The notes beneath the pieces are model-generated. The model searched no databases, was not told the DNA's origin, and worked only from the letters and a program-made list of their open reading frames with translations. The position numbers and the translations under genes were made by a program. DNA of 63,884 nt, filler included, from a bacterium (GTDB lineage: Bacteria; UBA9089; CG2-30-40-21; SBAY01), in NCBI GenBank assembly GCA_040757115.1. It is 10 parts of 10 records of this genome, joined end to end, with 100 filler letters (N's around TTAATTAATTAA, not from the genome) between each part and the next. Parts side by side here need not be neighbours in the genome. Positions count along the whole stretch, not along the records: positions 52,856 to 56,996 come from JBFLYA010000301.1; positions 57,097 to 61,170 come from JBFLYA010000303.1; positions 61,271 to 63,884 come from JBFLYA010000371.1; 7 more parts are not named here. One strand, written 5' to 3'. Positions 55,711-63,884 of the stretch are shown in pieces (the first letter of the stretch is position 1; the number at the start of each line of letters is the position of its first letter).

Positions 55711-56182
55711 CAGTGTCGGTGTCGGTGGCAGTGTTGGTGTCAGGAAGAAAGGAGGTAAAGGAGAGATGAAAAGTGTTGAAGATCTTGATGTATTTAGGTT
55801 GGCACATGAAGTAACCTTAGAGATTTATAGTCTTACAAATAATTTTCCAGAGTATGAAAGGTATGGTTTGATTTCACAAATTAGGAGATCCTCAATGTCT
55901 ATACCTATGAACTTAATGGAGGGTAGTCATAGACTTAATACAAAGGAATACAGACAATTTGTCGGTATAGCACGTGGCTCTGTTGGTGAATTGAAATATC
56001 AACTTATGTTATCTCATGATTTGGGATATATTAGTGAGGACACCTACCATCATCTTCGCGGAAAGGCTGAAAGTATTAGTAAAATGCTGACAAGGCTGGT
56101 AGAATCCTTGACTGACATTGATCCCCATCACCGACACTGACACCGACACCGATACCGACACTGACACTGACACCGACACCGA
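55711..56182. mobile_element. Four-helix-bundle cassette bounded by inverted hexamer arms (GTGTCG / CACCGA, CACTGA)
   Basis: Left arm 55711-55743 and right arm ~56112-56182 are complementary. The cassette sits exactly between the cas2 stop and the cas4 RBS. Confidence 0.8.
55766..56140 (+). CDS. Four helix bundle protein (23S rRNA IVS-protein family)
   Basis: DLDVFRLAH, FPEYERYGLISQIRRSSMSIPMNLMEG and IARGSVGELKYQL. Confidence 0.93.
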   Translation: MKSVEDLDVFRLAHEVTLEIYSLTNNFPEYERYGLISQIRRSSMSIPMNLMEGSHRLNTKEYRQFVGIARGSVGELKYQLMLSHDLGYISEDTYHHLRGKAESISKMLTRLVESLTDIDPHHRH

Positions 56183-56192
56183 GGTTTATATT

Positions 56193-56786
56193 ATGGATAC
56201 CGAATCTACACCAATGATAACCCCATCTGAGGTAATCGAACATCTTTTTTGCCCTCGATTTACCTATTTTATGAATTGCTTAAAGATACCTCAACATGAG
56301 GAAAAAAGATATAAGGTGTTAAAGGGCAGGGAACTACATTCAAGGAGAGAGCAAGAAAACAGAGAATACTTGCGTAAAAGGATAGGATGTATTGGCAAAG
56401 AGATATTGGTTTATTTAGCCTCACCAAGACTTCGGGTGCGTGGGATTGTGGATGAAGTATTGACTCTAACTGATGGAAGTATGTCGCCACTTGATTATAA
56501 ATATACCGAATTTAATGATTTCCTGTTCAAGACACATAAGATTCAATCGGTAATTTATGCGATGTTGATAAAAGAGATATATCAGAAGCCAGTAAACGAA
56601 GGTTATATCTGTTATGTGCGAAGCGGTAATACCTTAAAAAAAATACTTTACAAATCAGATGATTTTGAATATACTAATAAAGTAATTGATGAAATCTTCA
56701 AGGTGATAATGTTAGGTTACTATCCAAAGAAGACTTCGTATGCTAATAGATGCGTTGACTGTTGTTATCAGAATATTTGTGTGTGA
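56193..56786 (+). CDS. cas4: CRISPR-associated exonuclease Cas4
   Basis: FCPRFTYF, GRELH, GIVDEV...PLDYK, Q...YA and C-terminal RCVDCCYQNIC. Confidence 0.95.
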   Translation: MDTESTPMITPSEVIEHLFCPRFTYFMNCLKIPQHEEKRYKVLKGRELHSRREQENREYLRKRIGCIGKEILVYLASPRLRVRGIVDEVLTLTDGSMSPLDYKYTEFNDFLFKTHKIQSVIYAMLIKEIYQKPVNEGYICYVRSGNTLKKILYKSDDFEYTNKVIDEIFKVIMLGYYPKKTSYANRCVDCCYQNICV

Positions 56787-56959
56787 ACAGTGAAAATTTG
56801 TAACTATGTGGTATCTCAGAAATTAGAAGAGCAAAAAGGATGTAAAAGGGGGTGAGAAATGGGTAAAGTTTACGCTTTAAAGGGGATAAATAGGCTCAAA
56901 ATAGACCGAGTAAAAAACAGGGAATTATTTGAGATCAAAAGGGTTAAAAACAAAATGGT
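56787..56959 (+). promoter_or_regulatory. Putative CRISPR leader
   Basis: Non-coding, A-rich stretch between cas4 and the first repeat. Confidence 0.65.
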
Positions 56960-56996
56960 GTTAGCGACCAACTTCCATTAAAACAAGGATTGAAAC
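56960..56996 (+). CRISPR. First CRISPR repeat (37 nt); array truncated by contig end
   Basis: GTTAGCGACCAACTTCCATTAAAACAAGGATTGAAAC carries the ATTGAAAC 3' handle, and the contig ends exactly at the repeat end. Only one copy is visible. Confidence 0.8.
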
Positions 56997-57096
56997 NNNN
57001 NNNNNNNNNNNNNNNNNNNNNNNNNNNNNNNNNNNNNNNNTTAATTAATTAANNNNNNNNNNNNNNNNNNNNNNNNNNNNNNNNNNNNNNNNNNNN

Positions 57097-57206
57097 TTTC
57101 TACCTATTTCTATAAATTTCAATCTATTTCTATTATCTTATCTCCATATCGCCCTTATCTCCTTATCCCCTTTCTTACACTTTTGATATATAGCCTGAAC
57201 GGTTAC
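57097..57206 (+). mobile_element. High-copy IS66-like-ended MITE, right part
   Basis: Ends ...GATATATAGCCTGAACGGTTAC; matches 63807-63884 and the reverse complement of 52593 onwards. Confidence 0.85.
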
Positions 57207-57229
57207 AAAAGTAGACACCTCTGACCCGC

Positions 57230-59815
57230 CTACGAAAAAATCTTCCTGCTTACCTTCATTATCTCACCAAAAACTAAAACTGAAGATGAGATTAAGAGAA
57301 TACCCCCACAATCAACTAATGAGATAGTGGTGGTATGGAATATAGTCCTTAACGGCGTCCAGATTATCACCATTTGTAAAATAATCGAGCTTAATATCGC
57401 CCATATTAACCACATATTTGAAAATAAACCTCTAAATGCCGAGATGCGGTCACTTCTACAGTTCATAACATTGAACATCTGAAGCATCATTAAGGTGGTA
57501 AATGCCATTGTGCGGGCATAATCAAGATTTTCTTGAGGATTATAAAGATAAAATATTCCCAGTGTAGAGAGCATCATTATTATCCCAATGCACACCATCC
57601 AGGCAAATCGTCTGATGGAAACAATCTTTTTTTCTTTTTTCCTCGGCGGACTGGACATTATCCCCCTATCCGGCGGGTCTATGCCCAGTGCTAAAGCGGG
57701 TAAGCCATCGGTCATAAGATTTATCCATAAGATTTGTAAGGCTAATGCAGGTAAAGGCAGACCAATCATTATTGCAGTGAATATGGTAAATACCTCACCT
57801 AAATTAGAACTGAGTAAATAGGTGACAAATTTCTGGATATTATTGTAGATAGTCCTTCCTTCTTCAACCGCATTGACGATAGAGGCGAAGTTATCATCCC
57901 TGAGAATCATCTCAGAGGTCTCTTTGGCGACATCCGTGCCGGTTATTCCCATTGCAATTCCAATATCTGCGTCTTTTAAAGCCGGGGCATCATTTACCCC
58001 ATCCCCGGTCATCGCCACGATATGGCCGTTCTTTTTTAATGCTTCGATTATCTGCATTTTATGTTCTGGAGAAACCCGGGCATAGATACTGACTTCTTCA
58101 ACTATGCTATGCAGGTTTTTAATCTCATCTAATTCCTTACCGGTTAATGCCTTACCTGTCATTTCTAATTCTTTGGCGATTGCCATTGCTGTTAATTTAT
58201 GGTCGCCAGTTATCATCACAACTTTTATACCGGCGGTTTCACATTTTTTTATGGCGGCTTTTACCTCTTCTCTTGGCGGGTCAATCATCGCCTGTAACCC
58301 GACAAAGACTAAATCATCTTCCGTAGGTTTTGTCGTCTGGGTTTCTTTAAAGGCAAACCCTAAGATGCGTAAGGCATCCTGAGCAAACCCTTCATTTATT
58401 TTATGGATTTTTTCTTCGTATTCTTTTGTTAATTTCCTTATTTTGCCATTGATGTAGATTTGGCGGCATTTTTCAAGAATAATATCTGGTGCTCCTTTGG
58501 TATAAGCAAAGAGTTTATTATCTATTTGATGGACAGTAGTCATCATCTTTCTTTTAGAATCAAAAGGGATTTCTGCTACCCGTGGATATTTTTTCTCTAA
58601 TTCTTCTTTTATTAATCCTGCCTTTGCCGCACTGACGATTAAACTTGCCTCGGTTGGGTCACCAATGACTTTCTCTCCCTCAAGATTGGCATCATTGCAT
58701 AAAACACCTATTCTTAACAATAACTCCTCCGGCGGTTTAGAGAAAGTCCCTTTGACAGAATAACCACTGCCAGTAACATTTATGACCTCATCATTTACAA
58801 ATATTTTTTCTACAGTCATTTGATTACAGGTGAGTGTCCCTGTTTTATCTGAGCAAATGACTGTGGTGCAGCCAAGGGTTTCAACACTGGGTAGTTTTCT
58901 AATCAAGGCATTTTTCTTAATCATTCTCTGAACGCCTAATGCAAGGGAAATAGTAACAACAGCGGGTAATCCCTCAGGAATAGCGGCAACGGCTAAGGCA
59001 ATGGCGGTGATGAACATTTCGATGTATTTACCTGTTTTTATTGCCCCAGCAACAAAAACAAAGATACAAATAGCAATAGTTAACATCCCCAACCATTGAC
59101 CTAATTGCTTAAGGTTAATCTGTAATGGGGTAAGTCCTTTTTCTACCTCCTGGATTAATTCCGCAATCCTTCCTATCTCGGTATTCATGCCCGTGTTAAC
59201 TACTACTGCCTTGCCGCGACCTCTGGTGATAATCGTGGATGAGAAAACTATATTCTTTTGCTCAGGCAGTGGTATTTTTTCGGCTAATAAAATCGCTTCT
59301 TTTTCAACCGGGGTGGATTCTCCGGTTAAAGATGCCTCTTGTGTCTGGAGATTTATTGCCTCGATTAACCTTGCGTCTGCGGGTATTTTATCCCCTTCTT
59401 CTAAAACTAAAATATCTCCAGGAACAATCTCCTCTGCAGGTATTTCACAAACCTTGCCTCCTCTAATCACCTTTGCTTTTAGCGAAATAAGTTTCTTTAG
59501 TGCCTCGATACTCTTTTCAGCCCGATATTCTTGAACAAAGCCTAAAACAGCATTTAATACAAGAATGCCCGCAATTACTATGGCATCAAGGTATTCTTGA
59601 ATAAAAAGGGAAATAACAACAGCCGCAATCAATATTCCAACAATAAAGCTTTTGAATTGATTGATGAAGATGGTGAAAGGACTGATTTTTTTAATTTCTT
59701 TAAGGATATTTAGTCCAAATTTTTCAAGCCGCTTTTCTGCTTCAATGATAGATAAACCGTGTTTAGAGGTGTTAAGTTCTGTAAATATAGATTCTACTTC
59801 TTTAGCATAGGGCAT
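57230..59815 (-). CDS. P-type IIA (Ca2+-translocating, PMR1/SERCA-like) ATPase
   Basis: TGES, IPEGLP, CSDKTGTLT, KGAP, TGDGVNDAPALK and LWINLMTDG. Start uncertain (59815, 59866 or 59923). Confidence 0.95.
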   Translation of the reverse strand: MPYAKEVESIFTELNTSKHGLSIIEAEKRLEKFGLNILKEIKKISPFTIFINQFKSFIVGILIAAVVISLFIQEYLDAIVIAGILVLNAVLGFVQEYRAEKSIEALKKLISLKAKVIRGGKVCEIPAEEIVPGDILVLEEGDKIPADARLIEAINLQTQEASLTGESTPVEKEAILLAEKIPLPEQKNIVFSSTIITRGRGKAVVVNTGMNTEIGRIAELIQEVEKGLTPLQINLKQLGQWLGMLTIAICIFVFVAGAIKTGKYIEMFITAIALAVAAIPEGLPAVVTISLALGVQRMIKKNALIRKLPSVETLGCTTVICSDKTGTLTCNQMTVEKIFVNDEVINVTGSGYSVKGTFSKPPEELLLRIGVLCNDANLEGEKVIGDPTEASLIVSAAKAGLIKEELEKKYPRVAEIPFDSKRKMMTTVHQIDNKLFAYTKGAPDIILEKCRQIYINGKIRKLTKEYEEKIHKINEGFAQDALRILGFAFKETQTTKPTEDDLVFVGLQAMIDPPREEVKAAIKKCETAGIKVVMITGDHKLTAMAIAKELEMTGKALTGKELDEIKNLHSIVEEVSIYARVSPEHKMQIIEALKKNGHIVAMTGDGVNDAPALKDADIGIAMGITGTDVAKETSEMILRDDNFASIVNAVEEGRTIYNNIQKFVTYLLSSNLGEVFTIFTAIMIGLPLPALALQILWINLMTDGLPALALGIDPPDRGIMSSPPRKKEKKIVSIRRFAWMVCIGIIMMLSTLGIFYLYNPQENLDYARTMAFTTLMMLQMFNVMNCRSDRISAFRGLFSNMWLIWAILSSIILQMVIIWTPLRTIFHTTTISLVDCGGILLISSSVLVFGEIMKVSRKIFS

Positions 59816-59982
59816 TTCAACGGGTGGTGGGGTTAACTGAGTTATTTTGGAAATCGCTTGTGCCATAATTGATATTATACTACTTCTCGAAGTAGATGTC
59901 AATTGAAAGTTTTCACCCATCAAGTTTTTCTCTTGACGAAGTAAAAACTTTATGCTATCATTTATAATAGTCGTTCAGATAA

Positions 59983-60225
59983 TATAGCAGTTATTAGTCA
60001 AAACTTTACTCAGAGTGGATAAGTAAAAAAAATCCCAAATCCCAAGCACCAAATCTCAAATAAACACCAAATTCCACATACCAAAAAGCGAATTAGAGAT
60101 TAGTGAATTAGAGATTAGATTTTACTAATTCGCTTAATTCACTAATTCACTAAATAGAATTTGGAATTTGTGATTTGGAATTTCAGAGCCATATCTATGT
60201 CAAATTTCGATTAATAAGTGCTATA
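59983..60225. mobile_element. IS630-like TA-flanked MITE with nested heptamer arms
   Basis: TATAGCAGTTATTAGTC ... GATTAATAAGTGCTATA; inner GAATTAG/CTAATTC arms nested inside CCAAAT/ATTTGG arms. Confidence 0.75.
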
Positions 60226-60254
60226 ATTATCTTTCCGATTCATAATCTACGATT

Positions 60255-60899
60255 CTATTGTCCAATCCATTTGTTATTCCTGTAAATATACCTGACCTTT
60301 CCTATTATTTTGAGACCTGCGTCTTGCCAACCTATTTTCTCAAATTCTAACTTTGTATTACTAATCCACTTTACATTGGATGGTCCCCATTCATCTATAA
60401 TTAATTGGTATTCCTCGACAAAATGATCGTTTAATAAACGAATTATTTGAAATCCGTTTGGACAATAATGTGCTTCCAAGTCAACATTATAAGAAACTAA
60501 TCGTTGCTTATCAGGGGAGACCTTTATTTTACCAACAATCTTAATTTTTTCTCCACTGTTTTTATTAATAAGCATATATTCACCACCTTCATAATAGTGA
60601 ATCTGTATCACATAAATATTTAGATTTTCGAGTAATTCACGAAATGTATACAGTTCTGTCTCATTTCCCTCTTTATCAATATCTTCTAAAGTTAATTGTC
60701 CTCCATTATCCAATTTCAACAAGAGTCTATCTGACTGTCGAATAACGAAGTTCTTGTATCGGTTGAGTTGATATTTCTCAAGTTTCTGTGCACACTCATA
60801 AGAATTCGTACAATTACATAATCCATCTAAATGTGGTATTCTGCTTTGAGATCCAATCAAAGTAATAATCAAAAAAATCACTGCTATATCTCTCATCAT
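60255..60899 (-). CDS. Hypothetical exported protein (possible integron cassette gene)
   Basis: Hydrophobic N-terminus and a GAGGGG RBS directly after the attC-like GTTAGGC. Confidence 0.75.
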   Translation of the reverse strand: MMRDIAVIFLIITLIGSQSRIPHLDGLCNCTNSYECAQKLEKYQLNRYKNFVIRQSDRLLLKLDNGGQLTLEDIDKEGNETELYTFRELLENLNIYVIQIHYYEGGEYMLINKNSGEKIKIVGKIKVSPDKQRLVSYNVDLEAHYCPNGFQIIRLLNDHFVEEYQLIIDEWGPSNVKWISNTKLEFEKIGWQDAGLKIIGKVRYIYRNNKWIGQ

Positions 60900-60911
60900 C
60901 TTTTCCCCTCA

Positions 60912-60960
60912 GCCTAACGATAAAATAACCTGCTCTGTCAGGTTCATTGTTTTGTTAGCA
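60912..60960 (-). other. attC-like integron recombination site (49 bp)
   Basis: Minus strand: TGCTAAC-5 nt-AATGAACC-tgacagagca-GGTTATT-5 nt-GTTAGGC, i.e. R'' L'' L' R' with an extra base in L''. Confidence 0.6.
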
Positions 60961-60992
60961 ATTCATTTCTTTGTCATTTCCTCTCCACACTA

Positions 60993-61170
60993 CTTCTTCG
61001 CCGCTTCTGCTCCAAGCCACTTCCTCACTACTCCTGCTCCGAATCTGGTTCTTCGCTGCTCCTCTTCCAAGCTACTTCTTCGCTATTTCTGCTCCAGGAT
61101 ACTTCTTCACCACTTCCGTTCCGAGTCCATTTCTTCGATGCTTCTGCTCCACTCTACTTCTTCGCCACTT
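60993..61170. repeat. Degenerate 27/28-bp tandem repeat (CTTCTTCGCCGCTTCTGCTCCAAGCCA-like)
   Basis: At least 6.5 units of lengths 27,28,27,27,28,27; cut by gap. Confidence 0.75.
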
Positions 61171-61270
61171 NNNNNNNNNNNNNNNNNNNNNNNNNNNNNN
61201 NNNNNNNNNNNNNNTTAATTAATTAANNNNNNNNNNNNNNNNNNNNNNNNNNNNNNNNNNNNNNNNNNNN

Positions 61271-63649
61271 CACCGAGATTGTGCCATCTCTTGCCTCGAC
61301 CGTTAGAGTCCCGCGCATAGTTTTTGTCCCGGCGGAAAAAGTAACCGTAGAGGTATTTGTTGGAGTAATCGTGCCTAACAGCTCTGGTTCACACCACCAA
61401 CTATAAGTCAAACTGCCCAATTCCTCACCAAAAGAACCATAACCCTGCCCCGTATAGGTAACACTACCTCCCGCGAGGACATTTGAAGAACCAGTGATTG
61501 CGGCAAAACTCAACGCAGTAGGAGAACGAGTCACCTCATTCGATTTATCACTCCATTTACTTTTATTAGTAGAACTCGCCGGGTCATAAGCATAAGCAAC
61601 AAAATAATATAATTTTCCATTGTCTAAATTTGAGATAGTTGTTTCGGTTGAATAAGAAGAAGTTGAACTTCCACTTTCTGCCACAATCCCTGCATCCTGC
61701 TTATCATCATAATTTTCACTACTTACACCAGTTCGAGAACCATAATACACCCAGAATCCTACCTGATGATTAAAATCATTATTTTGTATGGTGAACTTCA
61801 CCCAGGTGTTACCGTTAATTACATTATAGATTCGTGGTGTTTCAAGAATTGCCTTAGTCGTTGCCCCTACACAATTTGACAGGTCAGACCAATTCCCGGC
61901 ATCATCTACGGCCTTAATACCAAAATAATATAAAGTTTTTGGGGATAAATTTCCAACAGAATAATAATAATATTTTCCATCTACGGTCAGGGTATCAGGA
62001 GATAAAGTCTCACTTCCAAAAACATTACCCCAATTATTATTGGTAATAGGTGTAGTTGCATAATTGATGACATAATATGTAGGTGTGCCAATATCAAAAT
62101 CATCTCCTGTTGGTAACCATTGTAAAGTCACAGTCCCTAATTCTATTTCTCTAAGCTCAAGTGTGATTTGGTCAGGAGAAACTGTATCACTCCCAATCCA
62201 GGGAGAATATTCTACATAATCACTCACTTTATCCCCATAAATAGTCGATGTCCCTTCAGGTGTAGGACCTGAAGGATGTCCCCACCAGTTATTAGTCGCC
62301 GTAATTGTTCCAACTCCCAAAGAAGTGTCGTTATAAATCCCATAACAAGTATTTCCAATTATATTACTGTTAGTAATGTTTGGGCTGAGTATTCCCATAG
62401 TTTTCGCATAAATACCGTATTTACTCTTCATCAATGAACTACTTCCTATTTGAGGACAGGAACTATCAGAATAGATACAGGATGGTTCTACATTATCATA
62501 GGTAGCAGTTCCCGCTCTTATTGTGGTCCAGGTAATTGTTGGTGAACCATTATTAATTATAGTTACACCATGAGAATACACATTGGAGATATCTGTATTT
62601 GATATTTCAGGGGCAGAACTATCACACCAAATGGCAGGGGTAGGACCGTTACTATCATTTCCTCCATATTCAATCTTACAATATTTAAGGTAAGAATTCT
62701 GACTATATCCAGTAAATTTTATATACCCCCAGTCACCCGGATTAACCGGTATTTGATTAGAAGTAAAGGTAATCCGTCCTCCGTCAGTACCATTTGCCTG
62801 TAAACAACCTGAGCGGGCTGAAGAGACATCACCTATTATAATAGCTCTATTCTTATCAACTTTTATAGTTACTCCCGCATCAATAGTTAATGTTCCGGGA
62901 GATACCGAATCCCCAATTAATAAATCATTTTCAGTAATCAGATATGGTATTCCCTGATTATGCCAGGTTATATCTTCATTGATACCAGTGTAAAGAACAC
63001 CCCATATACAGATGACATTACGCCTTGAATCTTTTACCCCATTATTTATAATTGTATTATCTTTCATATCTAACATTGGACCTGTAAGGACAGGATATCC
63101 ATCATTATCTCTTATTAGACAATGCTGAAGGTAGAGTATGGGATGAGTGAAAGTGTTAATAATAGAATAAATTCCAGCATTATCACTATTTGAAATAGTA
63201 CAGCTTGCTATCACGGGTAATTGAACACAGAGATTACAGTAAATATTTCCATTTCCACTACCCCCACCCCCATATTCTATCTGACAATAGGTCAGTTTTG
63301 AAGGTTTCGAAGTCATATTAAATACAATTCCTTCCCAGTCTCCTTTGTTCTTTGGATTTTGATTGGAGGTAAAGGTAATCGTTCCATCTGGAGTTCCCTC
63401 AGCTATCAGGATTCCATTAATATTCATTGCCGTCGCAGTTTTAAATCTTACCTCTACACCAGGCTCAATCGTTAATGTCCCATTAACATATATCGTTCCC
63501 GTAGCAATATAAGGGCTGTTACCTTTAGTCCATGTCCCAGACTGCCCATCCGCGACGACTGTCCCACTTACATACTCTCCCCGGGCAAAAGATGAAATAA
63601 AAATAACCATTAATGCACTACTGCATAAAACTTTAATTATCTTCTGCAT
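61271..63649 (-). CDS. Large secreted protein with right-handed beta-helix repeats and FN3-like domains (3'-truncated by gap)
   Basis: Signal peptide; WTKGNSPY, LTIEPGVEV, GT....ITFTS.....GDW.GI (twice), ATNNWWG..SGP, W..TGDD...G and YYF.IKAVDDAGNWS.LSN. Confidence 0.85.
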
Positions 63650-63689
63650 ATTTCCTCCGTTTCTCTGCATCTCTAAAGTATTAAGTTTT

Positions 63690-63884
63690 GTAAGCGTTCA
63701 GGTGGTGTAACAAAAGGAGATGTGGAGATTAAGGAGATATTATAAAAAAATTGAAATTATAGAAACTAATAGAAATTTATGGAAATTTGTTGTTTTCCAC
63801 AATCAATTTCTACCTATTTCTATAAATTTCAATCTATTTCTATTATCTTATCTCCATATCACTCTTATCTCCTTATCCCCTTTC
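63690..63884 (+). mobile_element. High-copy IS66-like-ended MITE (cut by window end)
   Basis: Starts GTAAGCGTTCAGGTGG and bridges the 44107 and 57097 fragments. Confidence 0.85.

Noticed and set aside
55766-56140. Four-helix bundle as a DGR Avd accessory protein
   Set aside because: No reverse transcriptase and no TR/VR pair with adenine-specific differences. The cas6 and Big_5 duplications do not show A-biased changes.
56118-56192. TDTDTD N-terminal extension of Cas4 in the ORF track
   Set aside because: It is a translation of the non-coding hexamer arm. The real start is likely the ATG at 56193 after GAGG.
57588-59534. Plus-strand ORFs opposite the P-type ATPase (likewise opposite fliR, flhB, the KS fusion, the HEAT protein and cas1)
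   Set aside because: Antisense shadows of well-supported genes.

Overview
The window is not one contiguous locus. It consists of 10 bacterial contigs (AT-rich, apparently a draft or metagenome assembly) joined by nine 100-nt N-linkers containing TTAATTAATTAA, so adjacency across linkers is meaningless. Contig 1: a giant (>8,245 aa, 5'-truncated) Ig-repeat surface protein with a T9SS/FlgD-like C-terminal domain, a GxxExxY insertion and a PorV-like beta-barrel. Contig 2: thrC, an NTase pair, apgM and tsaD. Contig 3: fliPQR-flhB. Contig 4: an SRPBCC cyclase, an AbiEii-like pair and an unusual PocR-degenerate GGDEF-ketosynthase fusion. Contig 5: fapA-rpsP-khpA-trmD-rplS. Contig 6: duplicated Ig-like/permuted NlpC-P60 modules around a HEAT lipoprotein. 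Contig 7: DUF2148, an AhbC/NirJ1-like radical SAM protein, pyrE and a response regulator. Contig 8: a CRISPR adaptation module (cas6 3' end duplicated around an MNT-HEPN cassette, cas1, cas2, four-helix-bundle insertion, cas4, leader, first repeat). Contig 9: a Ca-type P-ATPase and a gene preceded by a very short attC-like site. Contig 10: a secreted beta-helix/FN3 protein. Nearly every intergenic space holds MITE-like elements (IS66-, IS50/IS4- and IS630-like ends) or inverted low-complexity repeat arms, which enclose intact or decayed GxxExxY or four-helix-bundle genes. The best candidates for new biology are the ligand/c-di-GMP-sensor-fused ketosynthase, the cas6 3'-end replacement cassette, the hairpin-armed operon-invading micro-cassettes and the T9SS-like giant adhesin/PorV pair. 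All family assignments come from motif recognition by eye; no searches were run.
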